DNA of 64,000 nt from Macrostomum lignano (GCA_002269645.1 NIVC01003167.1:51645-115644); one strand, 5' to 3'; counted from the stretch's first letter, positions 25,491 to 41,267 are shown. A program made the numbers and translations. The notes: generated by a model from the sequence alone, not told the origin.

Positions 25491-26058
25491 CTTTATCTCC
25501 AATCTCTTTACTCTTCCCTCTCTCTCTTATATTTGCCCTCTCTTTTTGATGAAAAGTTAACAAACAGCTCATTCCAGCAAGAGTCTGATCAAGGTTAAAG
25601 CAAAAATAAATCACCTTCATCGGATGCCCCGGTCAAGTTTATTGAAAATTTGGACAGGCAAAAAAGTAATTTTTCCTCGCCATGTGTCTTTTCACGAGAT
25701 AAGGCGAGCGAAGGAAGGAAGGGTCTTCTAGAAGATCCTGGAGCTCGCAAGGAAATTCAACTCTTAGATTGTTGGCAAGAGACAAGGCTTGATGTATGCG
25801 CTGCTGTTGCTAGGGGGCCGAGCGGCTCTGGAACTCAGAAAAATAAAAGGAAGCAGTCGGATTAGACTGGGATAAACTGGATTGAACTGACACACTCGCT
25901 GAAGGTTAATTAGACTGCGCCTGAGAGCTCTCGATCTCCATCTGATTCGGGAGTAATCTAGGATTAAATGCTTCATCTACTCCAGCATCTCTGCTCTGAG
26001 CTGATGCTTTCAACTTAATTGTACGGCTCTGTTTAAATTTGGTGTGTTTACCTATGGA

Positions 26059-26494
<436 letters not shown>

Positions 26495-26974
26495 GAGTAT
26501 TTATTTCCAGGAATCGTTGGTGATGGATGCGCCCGCCAGTCTCCTCAGTCCACTGTGCACTCTCATGCAGCTGCTTCGCAACCGACTTAAGTAACCATGC
26601 CATTGACTATGCATATGACAGTCTCCTATCTGTTCAATAATTAATTGCTAGGAGCCGAAACAATAAGCTGCCAGCATGTACTTATTATAAACAGCTCTGC
26701 AGCAGCCACTTCCACTAAGTATCAATAAATCATAAATTGATATTGCAGCTTATACAAAGTAAAGAATGAAAAGTTAGGCTTATTTTCGAGCTAGCTGATT
26801 AGTTTGAGCTTGTGGTGATTGTAAACTTGGGCATTTCCTGGTCATGTACCCAGTCGTAAGTGGGTTAATCTTATCAGTTTATTAGGTCAATGCCAAGGGA
26901 TTATAACTATAGCTGCCATACCTATCTGGCTACTCAAAATAAGTATATTGATCTGATGTATACATAAGATTTGG

Positions 26975-27270
<296 letters not shown>

Positions 27271-27684
27271 CTAAAAGCAGGAATATTCATATGAATATGC
27301 ATTCTAGCACATAGAGACCGCTGCATGCCCAACTGCAACCAATGTTTAGCTATATGACTGTTATGCAGAACGGCATTTGAAATGCATAATTTATGACGTC
27401 CAGTTTTGAATGTCGAGGAATAAGAAGAGAGTTAATTATGATTCCAGTGTTATTCAGAACGACCGAATTCCAGTTGCTATGCGAGGCTCAGTGAAATTTA
27501 ACAGTTTTTGTCATTATCTGAGTCCGCCATACTGGCGCAGAAAAAGTGCACATGAACGAAACGATGTGGATTTATATGGTCCTGCACAGCCGTTCTCTTT
27601 AGTTTTTTTTACATGTATCAAGATGACAAATTGGAACTGCCGCCTAACGTCCCTCTTATGGCAACCCCTGCGGCGGCTCAGCTA

Positions 27685-27955
27685 GATTTCCCCATTGGTG
27701 ACCTTGGATTTCCCAATTGGCGTCCTTGGATTCCCCAATTGGTGCCTTGGATTCCCCAATTGGCGACCTTGGATTCCCCAATCGGCGACCTTGGATTCCC
27801 CAATCGGCGACCTTGGATTCCCCAATTAGCGCCCTTGGATTCCCCAATTGACGACCTTGGATTTCCCAATCGACGACCTTGGATTCCCCGATTGGCATCC
27901 TTGGATTTCCCAATTGACGACATTGGATTCCCCAACTGACGACCTCAGATTCCCC
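27685..27955. repeat. 22-bp minisatellite (ccttggattccccaatcggcga)n
   Basis: About 12 imperfect copies. Confidence 0.9.
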
Positions 27956-28474
27956 AATGGATATGGAAGTGATAAAATTAGTGACTACGATATGAAAAGA
28001 GATAAACAATTTTAACTAGTCAATACTGAGCCATGAGCGCTGAGCGAAGGTCAGAAATACATATACAATTTTGAAGTAAGAGTCGATATGGTTGAACGCG
28101 GTTGACAAAAACAAAAACCAGTCTAAAACTGATCGCCGGGGATCATGCAGTCTCTTAATAATCTGTTTTGTAAATTGCTTCAACGAAGCCCCCCATTTTC
28201 CTAATTGTCTTGTCACATGAATAAAAGCCGTTATTAAAATAATAGGGGCAGCTGGTTTAGCTATTAATTAAATTGGGAGGCTGGATCGGGTCGCAAAGGC
28301 AGGCGGTCAACATATCATATGGCCTTGAAATCTATTTTTAGCTTAATACCACAGCAATAATGTGCTGCTTGCGCTGCTACTCGTGTCAGGAGTCGTTTTC
28401 ACCTGCACATTTGGTTGGGAATGTTGTTGTCATGATTAATTGTCAATGAATTATTATGTAAAAAATGCTGAAAG

Positions 28475-30541
28475 TACCAGGGGCTTTGGCACTAGGGGTT
28501 TTAGCACCAGGGGTTTTAGCACCAGGGGCGCCAGCACTAGGGGTTTTAGCACCAGGGGTTTTAGCACGAGGGGCTTTGGCACTAGGAGCTCTAGCACCAG
28601 GGGCGCCAGCACCAGGGGCGCCAGCACCAGGGGCGCCAGCACCAGGGGCGCCAGCACCAGGGGCGCCAGCACCAGGGGCGCCAGCACCAGGGGCGCCAGC
28701 ACCAGGGGCGCCAGCACCAGGGGCGCCAGCACCAGGGGCGCCAGCACCAGGGGCGCCAGCACCAGGGGCGCCAGCACCAGGGGCGCCAGCACCAGGGGCG
28801 CCAGCACCAGGGGTGCCAAAGCTACTGCATGGGGCGCCAAAGCTACTGCATGGGGCGCCAAAGCTACTGCATGGGGCGCCAAAGCTACTGCATGGGGCGC
28901 CAAAGCTACTGCATGGGGCGCCAAAGCTACTGCATGGGGCGCCAAAGCTACTGCATGGGGCGCCAAAGCTACTGCATGGGGCGCCAAAGCTACTGCATGG
29001 GGCGCCAAAGCTACTGCATGGGGCGCCAGCACCAGGGGCGCCAAAGCTCCTGCATGGAGCGCCAAAGCTACTGCATGGGGCGCCAAAGCTACTGCATGGG
29101 GCGCCAAAGCTACTGCATGGGGCGCCAAAGCTACTGCATGGGGCGCCAGCACCAGGGGTGCCAAAGCTACTGCATGGGGCGCCAAAGCTACTGCATTGGG
29201 CGCCAAAGCTACTGCATGGGGCGCCAAAGCTACTGCATGGGGCGCCAAAGCTACTGCATGGGGCGCCAAAGCTACTGCATGGGGCGCCAAAGCTACGGCA
29301 AGGAGGCGCCAAAGCTACTGCATGGGGCGCCAAAGCTACGGCAAGGAGGCGCCAAAGCTACTGCATGGGGCGCCAAAGCTACTGCATGGGGCGCCAGCAC
29401 CAGGGGCGCCAAAGCTACTGCATGGGGCGCCAAAGCTACTGCATTGGGCGCCAAAGCTACTGCATGGGGCGCCAAAGCTACGGCAAGGGGGCGCCAAAGC
29501 TACTGCATGGGGCGCCAAAGCTACGGCAAGGAGGCGCCAAAGCTACTGCATGGGGCGCCAAAGCTACGGCAAGGAGGCGCCAAAGCTACTGCATGGGGCG
29601 CCAGCACCAGGGGCGCCAAAGCTACTGCATGGGGCGCCAAAGCTACTGCATTGGGCGCCAAAGCTACTGCATGGGGCGCCAAAGCTACTGCATGGGGCGC
29701 CAAAGCTACTGCATGGGGCGCCAAAGCTACTGCATGGGGCGCCAAAGCTACTGCATGGGGCGCCAAAGCTACTGCATGGGGCGCCAAAGCTACTGCATGG
29801 GGCGCCAAAGCTACTGCATGGGGCGCCAAAGCTACTGCATGGGGCGCCAAAGCTACTGCATGGGGCGCCAGCACCAGGGGCGCCAAAGCTACTGCATGGG
29901 GCGCCAAAGCTACTGCATTGGGCGCCAAAGCTACTGCATGGGGCGCCAAAGCTACTGCATGGGGCGCCAAAGCTACTGCATGGGGCGCCAAAGCTACTGC
30001 ATGGGGCGCCAAAGCTACTGCATGGGGCGCCAAAGCTACGGCAAGGAGGCGCCAAAGCTACTGCATGGGGCGCCAAAGCTACGGCAAGGAGGCGCCAAAG
30101 CTACTGCATGGGGCGCCAAAGCTACTGCATGGGGCGCCAAAGCTACGGCAAGGAGGCGCCAAAGCTACTGCATGGGGCGCCAAAGCTACTGCATGGGGCG
30201 CCAGCACCAGGGGCGCCAAAGCTACTGCATGGGGCGACAAAGCTACTGCATTGGGCGCCAAAGCTACTGCATGGGGCGCCAAAGCTACGGCAAGGGGGCG
30301 CCAAAGCTACTGCATTGGGCGCCAAAGCTACGGCAAGGAGGCGCCAAAGCTACTGCATGGGGCGCCAAAGCTACGGCAAGGAGGCGCCAAAGCTACTGCA
30401 TGGGGCGCCAGCACCAGGGGCGCCAAAGCTACTGCATGGGGCGCCAAAGCTACTGCATTGGGCGCCAAAGCTACTGCATGGGGCGCCAAAGCTACGGCAA
30501 GGGGGCGCCAAAGCTACTGCATGGGGCGCCAAAGCTACTGC
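28475..30541. repeat. Composite GC-rich satellite with 15-, 21- and 22-bp units
   Basis: Units gcaccaggggcgcca, ggcgccaaagctactgcatgg and ggcgccaaagctacggcaagga, arranged in blocks. Confidence 0.95.
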
Positions 30542-31895
30542 AGAAATCTGCGGGTAAATCGTTGACATATTTTAATTAATCGCCCTACTGACAGCATCGA
30601 TTGACAATTCGAATTAAAATTTGCACTGAATAACTTCAATTTCGCGTTCAATTTTCAAGCGTGACGTTAAGTAAGTCTGTAATGCCATATGTAGGATATA
30701 ATGCCATGCATGTGTATGTTAAAATCATACTTTGCTTTAGCTTTCAAGATTGAACTCTTTTCCAGACTTCAAGCACATAGTATTGTATGTTAATCCCTGA
30801 TGCCTAAGCGGGGCGGATTTATGTACATACTTTATTATTGATTCAAGCTCCCAATATACTCCCCAACCAACACGCAGGGGGTAGTGGCCTTGGCGCCACC
30901 TCCCAAAATTAGGTTGATAGAACATACTGCTGCACCCCCTAAAAAAACAAAGTTTGCGGCCTTTAAACTTGAATTTTCGCCCCCTACACGCATTTTTTGC
31001 GCTTCCTGGCTTAAAAATTGGCGCCCCTCATACTCATGTTGGCGCCCCAACTTGGATTCCCCCGAAATGGAATTCTAGATCCCCTCACACACACTGTGTC
31101 TATAGCCTAAAGCTTTAAATGCATTATGCACCATATACATACATGTAGGAAACGCAATTACTATTGAAGGCTCTTTTATAGCGGTATTAAATAATAAGAA
31201 GGTTTTTGGCACACCTTGAACCGAATAGAAACTTCAAATTTTCGAAAACTTCTCCACCATTATTGGCACATATCCAGGTCTTTTGCATGCTATTTTCTGC
31301 TAGGTAAAAACTTATATGTAAACAGTTCTTATTTTGTAATTCTGCATTTACTTTTCCTTACTTTTTGCTTGTTTAAAGCTTTTAATGGTACATGTATATT
31401 GCGTTCCAAAATCAAGGACGACTCAACAAGTAATAACTCGAGCACTCGAATAGTATCTACATGTAGAGGAAAATCCCTGCAAAAATAGTCGATAAGGAAT
31501 TTTTTCGGGCAAAGCAAAACAAATAGGTCGACAACTCTATCGTTTGCCCTTTCCATTTATCGTTTACATATGCCAATATTTAAAGATTTCTTAATCGTGA
31601 TTCTGTAAGACAGTATAACAAAAAACCGTCTGCAATTTCCTAATAATTAACAGATAGTGTATTAACTTTTTATAATTTATTTTTTTTAACTACTGAGTAA
31701 TCGTTAAAAAATAAAACTAATTTAGAAAGGAAGAAAATTGTTGATTACACATAGGTTTTAATCTGACGTGCATAATATTATTTAATGTGCACACGAGATA
31801 CCTAAACGAAAGTAACGTCCTAATTTTATTTGTAAGCCTGACGAAAAGGCAGTGAATGATATGATTTCAAAACGGTGCTGATAGAATGATTCGGA

Positions 31896-34800
31896 ATGCA
31901 GAATTCGAAGAATACGTGTGAAATTAGGGCAGTTTTGAAGGAATTGGATCTGCTAAAGGGATACGAATGCCCAGTAGCAAATGAATACAATAAAGGTCTT
32001 TTAACACAGGTAAGTCAGTGTAGTCTACAATTTTAAGCAGTAGTTTATGACTTGACGACTAGAGCACTGATTATCGGAACTTAATGTTTATTTTTTTAAT
32101 TTAGCAAGGGCGGCAGGAATTGGTAGCAAGGAAAATAAAGTTTTGCTACTGATATGTAGCTGCTACATATATAGTTGTATAAAAAGGATACTATCAGATA
32201 AGAGTACACGAGAGAAAATAATGTATAATAAATAACAATAGCAATGTAAATAATAAAATAAAATATATTTTTATTTCTATATGTTGTTAATGTTGTCTTT
32301 GTTGCTTTCAATTTAGCAATAAGTGTTAATTACTATGCCATCTTAAAACTATCCAACCGACTAAACTAACTTGCAAAGAATTCACAGTACTATTTATTGT
32401 TTTAAATAATTTTGTTTCTAAAGGCTTCAATATAACTGAAATAAATGTTATAGTCTTTAATAACAAGATTGTTAATTTAGTTAGTACAAGGTAAGTCAAG
32501 TACTTAAAATGAAAGATAAAAATATCCTGCCATTTACAATTTCTTTAAATTAATAATTCAAATTTGTATTTAAATTTTATTTCTTAAATGTGACGTCTTA
32601 ATAACACCAGCGATAAATTTTGTTCATATCGAGGTCCAAAGTCTGCGCGCCACAACTGAGCAACAGGCCAGCGAGATTTCGGCGCTAGACAACTCAATCC
32701 TCGGTCTGACGGCGCGCCTCTCAGCTGCCCGCCAGGCGATCCAACCAGCGCGCCAATTGTTGTCGTCCGCTGAAGCCGATGTGGCCTCGGAGCGGCGCCA
32801 ATCTGGCGCCATCGAGCGCGAATTAGAGAGACTTTGCGCCGACCTGTCCGAGAGTGGCGCCGTGCGCCGTCAATTAACGGCCTGTAGGCGCGCGATTGCC
32901 AATCTGGAGGCGCGTCGATGCCGGATGCGTCAGCGGCTGGACGGAGAATCGGCGCCAAAAGAGGAATTGGCTGAACAGGCGGCTGCTTCAGCAGCGGAAG
33001 CAGCAATTTCAGCAGCTGGAACTGCCGCAGCCGAAAGCAACAGAAAAGAGTTGGACTTGCAAAAATTGGAACAGTTGAGAAGCGCGCTTGACAAACGACT
33101 GGGGGAGCGGCGCCAGCGGCTGCAGGTTGTGACCGAGGAGGCCTCTGTAAGCAGCTTGGTTGAATTTTTCGTAAAAAATTCTTCAAAATGATAAAGCAAG
33201 TGAAAAACTTTGCTTAAAAACTTGTTGAATGGACCTGGACAGGAAATATACTATCTTTAGTAGTTTCACTGTCAGTTAAACACTAAAAACTGAATTCAAA
33301 CAACTTATAAGTTTGAATTTTTTCTTATAAAAAATCCTGGTAAAACAAAAAGCCTCCATAGTTTTCTTAGAAACGATCCTTTTAAATAACAATATTTTTA
33401 AACAAATTTCTTAGAAACGAACTAATTTAAACAAATTCAGGCGGCTCAGGCCGAATGCGCCGGCGCTCGATCCCAGCTGCGGGTCGATCGGCGCGAACTG
33501 CGCAAGCTGCGGCGCCAGGTTGGCGCTGTCGCACTAGACCGGCTGGCCGGCCGAGACCGGGAGATCGAACTCCTGACCTGCCGGGCTGAGACCGCCCTAA
33601 GCCGGCTGCAGGCCGCCCGCTGCGAGGTCGCAAATTTAAGAGAAAAATTTGAAGCCACTCGCGACGACACAAAACGCACTCGGCGCAAATTGGCGCAACA
33701 GAGAGCGCGGCTGAATGAGGCTGGCGCCGAGGCGAGGCGATGGCGCCAGGCTGTGGCGCTAGTTAGGCGCCAATTAATGGCGCTAGCGCGATCGAATGAA
33801 GCGGCTAAGCGCGAACTGGGAGATGCGCACAGTGTGGCAGATCAGCTTGAAGTAAGCTGGACCGGATGCGGTGTCCGATTGAGAAAAAATTGGGGTGTCC
33901 GAGGGAGACACAGTGAGGTGTCCGAGAGAGACACAGTGAGGTGTCCGAGGGAGACACAGTGAGGTGTCCGAGAGAGACACGGTGGGGTGTCCGAGAGAGA
34001 CACGGTGGGGTGTCCGAGAGAGACACGGTGGGGTGTCCGAGAGAGACACGGTGGGGTGACCGAGGGAGACAAAGTGAGGTGTCCGAGGGAGACACAGTGA
34101 GGCGTCCGAGGGAGACAAAATGAGGTGTCCGAGGGAGACAAAGTGAGGTGTCCGAGAGAGACACAGTGAGGCTAAGGTGTCCGAGGGAGACACAGTGAGG
34201 TGTCCGAGGGAGACAGTGGGGTGACCGAGGGAGACAAAGTGAGGTGTCCGAGGGAGACAAAGTGAGGTGTCCGAGAGAGACACAGTGAGGCTGGGGTGTC
34301 CGAGGGAGACACAGTGAGGTGTCCGAGGGAGACAAAGTGAGGTGTCCGAGGGAGACAAAGTGAGGTGTCCGAGGGAGATACAGTGAGGCGTCCGAGGGAG
34401 ACAAAATGAGGTGTCCGAGGGAGACAAAATGAGGTGTCCAAAGGAGACAAAGTAGGTGTCCAAAGGAGACAAAGTAGGTGTCCGAGGGAGACAATCTGGG
34501 TGTCCGAAGAGACAAGGTCTGCTCCATCCCGCACTGCCGCTCGCAGACTCAAGTCGCAGCCCAGCGCGCCAAGTTCTCCAACATTCAGCGTCAGCTGGAG
34601 CGACTTTTTCGCCGGCCATCATCGAATTCCCACCGGGATCAGACTGCCGCGGCATCGTCAGACAAGGAAGAGTCGGCGATGCTGAAAAAGTTTCAAACGG
34701 CGTTGCGTCGATCGGAGCGGCGTCTGGAGCGGCTGCAGCGTCGTAGTCGGCCTCGGGTGGCCGCCCGGCTGCAGGCCCTGACGGTGGAAGCCGACCAGGC

Positions 34801-37044
34801 CGAAGTCACGTTGAAGGAGCGGCGCCAGTTGCTGTCGGCGGCGCATCAACGATTGGCGTCGCTCAGACGGGCCGGCAACGAACAGGCGGCGACATCAAAG
34901 TCGATGGAGGAGGCAATCGAGAGGCTGGCTCGGGGACTGCAGACTGAAGAGACTCGCAGGGCCGCTGAGAGCGAGAAGCGGGCTGGTCAGGATCTGGAAT
35001 TGAATAGTGAGTTTTGCAATTTCGAATTTAATTAGTCACCAAGGCTCCTTGATTTGGTTGCTATGGGCCGACAATCTGGTTACAAAGGTCGATTGTCATT
35101 TTTATTTTTATTATAAAATTTGAACTAACTCGCAGACTTGAAGTCGGAGCTTACAGCCCAGCTCGACCAGCTCACCCAGCTGTCTGATTGGCTCAACTGC
35201 CCGACTCAGCTGCGCCAAATGCGCGCCACAGGCGCCGAATGGCGCCGCGACATCGACCGGCTGCGGGGCGAAGCGGCCCGTCTTGGCGCCGAGATTCGCG
35301 AGCAGCAGCGCGATAGCGAGCTGGCGCAACGCGCCGTGGCGCGAACGGCGCGCGAACGTCGTGCAGTTTCCGAAGTGCGCCAACGCGCCGACGCCGAGAC
35401 AGAGCGCCTGCAGCGCAGCCTGGCAACCGCCAGGGAGGCCGGCCCCACCGACAGTGACGCGGCCGATGCGGATTTGCCGGACATCGAGACGCCGGCGGCT
35501 AGACGGCGCCGATTCGCGCGCGCCGCGTCGGCGCAACGAAAAGCGCAGGAGGAGCTGCGCCGCTGTCAGGCCTGGCTGCGGCGGATGCGTCGACTTCGGC
35601 GCCAGGCTCAAGCCATCGGGTCAGCTGGCCCCACTTTCGAGACTGTGAGTGACCGGCCGAGTTAGTTCAGCTAATGTATTGCATATTGCCCGAATCTGAC
35701 TCTCTCCCTCTGTCCTCAATGTACGTCGCCCACGACTCTCCATCCCCAATATTACCTGAGTCTCTTACCCCCTGTCCCCAATGTGCATTGCCTGACTCTC
35801 TTACCCCCTGTCCCCAATGTGCATTGCTCGACTCTCTTACCCTCTGTCCCCAATGTACATTGCTCGACTTTCTTACCCTCTGTCCCCAATGTACATTGCT
35901 CGACTTTCTTACCCTCTGTCCCCAATGTACATTGCTCGACTTTCTTACCCTCTGTCCCCAATGTACATTGCTCGACTTTCTTACCCTCTGTCCCCAATGT
36001 ACATTGCTCGACTCTCTTACCCTCTGTCCCCAATGTACATTGCTCGACTCTCTTACCCTCTGTCCCCAATGTACATTGTTCGACTCTCTTACCCTCTATC
36101 CCTTATGTATATTGCCTGACTCGCTTACCTCCTATCCTCAATGTACATTCCTCAATTTCCTTGACCCTCTTACCACATCCCCTTGCTCCAAACGTACATT
36201 GCCCGAGTATAAGTTCCTGAAACTCTGTCTATATGCACATTTGCATGGCCAGGAATATTAACTAACTCTAAACTGTCTACCATCTACAATGAAATTGGTT
36301 TATATCTTTACTAAACTATTCTACTGCTTCAACCACCAGATAAAGATCGACGACAGCTTAGAAACGACAGGAAACGACGAAAGATCACAGGCCGACAACG
36401 GCAGCGGCAGCAGGGAGGAGCTGCTGGCTGTCAAGGAGGCGCTCGCCGAACAGCGTCGACAACTTCAAGAGAACCTGGCATCGGCTGTTGCTCGCCTCGA
36501 CGCCAGCCGTCGGCGCCGAGAAGATCTCCTTGCCGGGATTGATTCGGCTGCGGCCGAGCAGACGCGACTCGACGAATCGACAACTCGTCGACGCGCCGAC
36601 ATAGCCGCCCTAGCCGCCGCGGTCGAGCAACTTCGCGTCGAGAGCGTCGATCGTCAGGCGTCGATCAAACGAGCCGACGAAGCTGCGTCGCGAGCGGCAC
36701 GTGAAACGGCCGTCAACTACAAAGACTCCTTCTCCGGCTCCCAGTCTTCGTCGCTGTTGCTATTCTCTGACATCGACACGCGCGTCTGGTCAGATTTCAA
36801 TCGTCGGATTGCCGACGAGCTGCTCAGACTGGCGCGGCGACAGGCGTCCGATGACTGCAAAGGCGACGGCAGCGATGAGGTGTACAGCTGCGTGCTCAAG
36901 CTGCTCCAGGAGGCATCGGTGCCGTTCACCTCGCAGCCGCTGCTATCGGCGAGGCCGAGGCGACGCCAACGATCTCTGACTCAGTCGGTCAGCGACCAGC
37001 GAACTCAATTGTCAATGGCGCGGGTCTCCATAGAGATGATTTGA
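31896..37044 (+). CDS. Long coiled-coil host protein (about 900 aa, 6 exons)
   Basis: Exons 31896-32009, 32634-33146, 33441-33851, 34547-35006, 35136-35644 and 36340-37044. All junctions are GT-AG with matching phases (0,0,0,1,0). Heptad-rich E/R/Q/A/L sequence. Confidence 0.75.
33897..34495. repeat. 23-bp intronic minisatellite (gtgaggtgtccgagggagacaca)n
   Basis: 23-bp period. Confidence 0.92.
35760..36130. repeat. 36-bp intronic minisatellite
   Basis: ccctctgtccccaatgtacattgctcgactttctta, about 9-10 copies. Confidence 0.92.
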
Positions 37045-37134
37045 GAACAAAAGCTGGACTGCTCACTCACTTTGAGTCTCTAATTATACATGTACGAAAG
37101 AGTTGTTAGGCTGTAGTAAAAAACCCGAAAATTC

Positions 37135-37578
37135 ACAAACCCGAAACTTCACAAGCCCAAAACTTCTCAAGCTCGAAGCTTCACAAACCCGAAATTTCAC
37201 AAACCCGAAACTTCTCAAGCTCGGAGCTTCACAAACCCGAAACTTCACCAATACGAAACTTCACAAACCTGAAACTTCACCAAACCGAAACTTCGCAAGC
37301 TCGGAGCTTCACAAACCCGAAACTTGAAAACCCGAAACTTCACAAACCCGAAACTTCTCAAGCTCGGAGCTTCACAAACCCGAAACTTCACAAACCCGAA
37401 ACTTCTCAAGCTCGGAGCTTCACAAACCCGAAACTTCACCAACCCGAAACTTCACCAACCCGAAACTTCACAAACTCAAAACTTCACAAGCTCAAAATTT
37501 CACAAACTCGAAACTTCACAAACCCGAAACTTCACAAGCTCAAAACTTCACAAACCCGAAACTCGAAACTTCACCAAC
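37135..37578. repeat. aaacccgaaacttcac-type tandem repeat
   Basis: 16-bp core with higher-order variants. Confidence 0.85.
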
Positions 37579-38165
37579 TCTATTGACTCTATAGAATTCT
37601 ATTGATTTCGTGTCACTTTAAGCTACTTACTCTACTGTAAGTGGAATATTGGCAAAGTTTTTAATTGTCTTGTAGTATTATATTTATTCAGCTGTGGCAA
37701 TATTTCTGTCTGATGCGCTTGTTAGGTGATGTAAGAAAACTTTTACTTGTTTATCTTGTAAATTGTAAAAGATCTTGTAAAGTAAATACAAGCTACTTAC
37801 TATAATATAGTAAGTTGAAGCACTTTTAAAGACTAGCAAAATAATTTGTTTTTAAGGCAGTAAAAAACGTACTTTGCAATAAGTATATTTTCACTATGCA
37901 ATAAAGAAATGGTTATAATTATTAATAAATGGATTCTAAAATACAGCTAAAAACATAACAAATGCACTGCATTTACTTGTTAACCGTAATTTAATTAGTT
38001 ACTTAAACTTAAATCCTGTATTGGACCACAATTATTTAATTAATTTTGTGTAATAGCACGCAAAAAATGTTGACACAAAAATGGAATTAATAAAAATAGC
38101 CTATTTATGGGTATAAGCATTTAAGCTAGGCCTGTGAGCAACTTTGCAAATCGAATGTTTTGTAG

Positions 38166-39190
38166 GGCGATTTCTAAGAGTGCAGGGTGATTTCTAAGAG
38201 TGCAGGGTGATTCCTAAGAGTGCAGGGTGATTTCTAAGAGTGCAGGGTGATTTTTAAGAGTGCAGGGTGATTTCTAAGAGTGCAGGGCGATTTCTAAGAG
38301 TGCAGGGCGATTCCCAAGAGTGCAAGGTGATTTTCTAAGAGTACAGGGCGATTCCTAAAAAGTGCAGGGTGATTTCTAAGAGTGCAGGGCGATTTCTAAA
38401 AGTACAGGGCGATTTCTAAAAGTGCAGAACGATTCCTAAGAGTCCAGGGCGATTCCCAAGAGTGCAAGGTGATTTCTGAGAGTTCAGGGCGATTTCTAAG
38501 AGTGCAAGGCGATTCCTAAGAGTGCACGGCGATATCTTAGGAGTGCACGGCGATTCCTAAGAGTACAGGGCGATTTCTTAAAGTACAGAGCGATTTCTAA
38601 AAGTGCAGGACGATTTCTAAGAGTGCAGGGCGATTCCCAAGAGTGCAGGGCGATTCCCAAGAGTGCAAGGTGATTTTCTAAGAGTGCAGGGCGATTCCCA
38701 AGAGTGCAAGGTGATTTTCTAAGAGTGCAGGGCGATTCCCAAGAGTGTAGGGCGATTCCTAAGAGTGCAGGACGATTCCTAAGAATGCAGGGCGATTTCT
38801 CAAGAGTGCAGGGCGATTCCTAAGAGTGCAGGACGATTCCTAAGAATGCAGGGCGATTTCTCAAGAGTGCAAGATGATTTCTGAGAGTTCCGGGGATTCC
38901 TAAGAGTGCAGGGCGATTCCTAAGAGTGCAGGGCGATTCCCAAGAGTGCAAGGTGATTTTCTAAGAGTGCAGGGCGATTTCCAAGAGTGCAGGGCGATTC
39001 CTAAGAGTGCAGGGCGATTCCCAAGAGTGCAGGGCGATTCCTAAGAGTGCAGGGCGATTCCCAAGAGTGCAAGGTGATTTTCTAAGAGTACAGGGCGATT
39101 CCTAAAAAGTGCAGGGCGATTCCTAAGAGTGGCAAGGTGATTTCTGAGAGTTCAGGGCGATTCCTAAAAATTCAGGGCGATTCCTAAGAG
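38166..39190. repeat. 20-bp minisatellite (agggcgattcctaagagtgc)n
   Basis: About 50 copies. Confidence 0.95.
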
Positions 39191-39390
39191 TTTATTGGCA
39201 CTTTTGGAGAATAAAAAGAGGCTTTTTAATAAGCGACTTTCTGGAATCCTATTAAGCAAAATGGTTTAAAAAATAAATTTTAGAACCGCAGTTCTTTTGT
39301 ATGAATAATTTCAAGTTTACATACGATTCTAACAAAGATAATAACTAGAACACAAAAAATAAACTGATGGGATTGAAAGCAGCCTACTCA

Positions 39391-40046
39391 TCAACTGTTA
39401 GCACACTTGCCATTACTCGCCCCTAGAGACGACTGTAGCCGGGCAATCTGCTCTTCAATTCTTGCTAATCCCCTACGAAACTCGGCCTCGTCAGCGTCAG
39501 AGTCTCCCAGATCGCTGTCTAGAGATTCATCATCATCATCATCATCATCAGCGTCTCTGAGACCTGCTGGCTGAGTCGGCGCTGGAGCCGACGCCGGCGC
39601 CGTGTCGAGAGTCGGCGGCGAAGATGTCGCAGCAGGCGGCGGCAAAACAGCTTGATAATCTCGGCAATTATAGTTATTATTATTATTGATATTAATACGA
39701 GGCTGCTGATGCCGCTGCTGCTGCTGACTGACGCTACTGATTGCGTAATCATCCTCCTCACCGTAATTGAAAGCTGACGAAGGCGAATTGGCGACCAGTG
39801 CGGCGTGGCGAGCCAAATTCTCGGCTGTGAGCAAAGCGCTGGTCGGAGTTGGCACAGGGGGTGTCGCAGCTGCCGCCGAAGCCGACGCAGGGGCGTTGCT
39901 AGCCCCGTTGCTAACGACGCTAATTGGGCGAGAGAGCCTGTATAATTAAGATCAATCAAGGAAAAAATTAACAGAGGGTCAGCTGTTCCCTATCAGTAAA
40001 AACTTGAAGGTTTTGTTAAATAGATAAAAAATAGATACATAGATAC

Positions 40047-40078
<32 letters not shown>

Positions 40079-40177
40079 ATAGATGGATTGATGGATAGAT
40101 AGATAGATGGATGGATGGACAGACACACAGACAGACAGACACACAGACAGACAGACACACAGACAGACAGACAGACT

Positions 40178-40237
<60 letters not shown>

Positions 40238-40247
40238 GCCAGCCAGC

Positions 40248-40283
<36 letters not shown>

Positions 40284-40294
40284 AATACAGACAA

Positions 40295-40352
<58 letters not shown>

Positions 40353-40455
40353 GGACAGCCAGACAGACAGCCAGACAGACAGACAGACAGATAGACAGAC
40401 AGACAAACAGACAAACAGACGGACAGCCAGACAGACAGACAGACAGACAGCCAGC

Positions 40456-40503
<48 letters not shown>

Positions 40504-40504
40504 A

Positions 40505-40559
<55 letters not shown>

Positions 40560-40590
40560 GAGACAGACAGAGACAGCCAGCCAGCCAGCC

Positions 40591-40625
<35 letters not shown>

Positions 40626-40627
40626 GA

Positions 40628-40715
<88 letters not shown>

Positions 40716-40773
40716 AAGACAGACAGACAGACAGACAGACAGGCAGACAGACAGACAGAGAGACAGACAGAGA

Positions 40774-40804
<31 letters not shown>

Positions 40805-40827
40805 ACAGACAGACAGACAGACAGAGA

Positions 40828-40862
<35 letters not shown>

Positions 40863-40889
40863 ACAGACAGACAGACAGACAGACAGAGA

Positions 40890-40920
<31 letters not shown>

Positions 40921-40926
40921 ACAGCC

Positions 40927-40969
<43 letters not shown>

Positions 40970-40983
40970 GAGACAGACAGAGA

Positions 40984-41022
<39 letters not shown>

Positions 41023-41111
41023 ACAGCCAGACAGACAGACAGACAGATAGACAGACAGACAAACAGACAAACAGACGGACAGCCAGACAGACAGACAGAC
41101 AGACAGCCAGC

Positions 41112-41154
<43 letters not shown>

Positions 41155-41156
41155 AA

Positions 41157-41215
<59 letters not shown>

Positions 41216-41267
41216 GAGACAGACAGAGACAGCCAGCCAGCCAGCCAGACAGACAGACAGACAGAGA

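Noticed and set aside
25650-25976. Short ORFs of 70-71 aa
   Set aside because: No motifs or splice signals; cannot support a call.
30810-31085. GGGGCGGATT...AGATCCCC as MITE termini
   Set aside because: The match is too short and imperfect and no TSD is visible.
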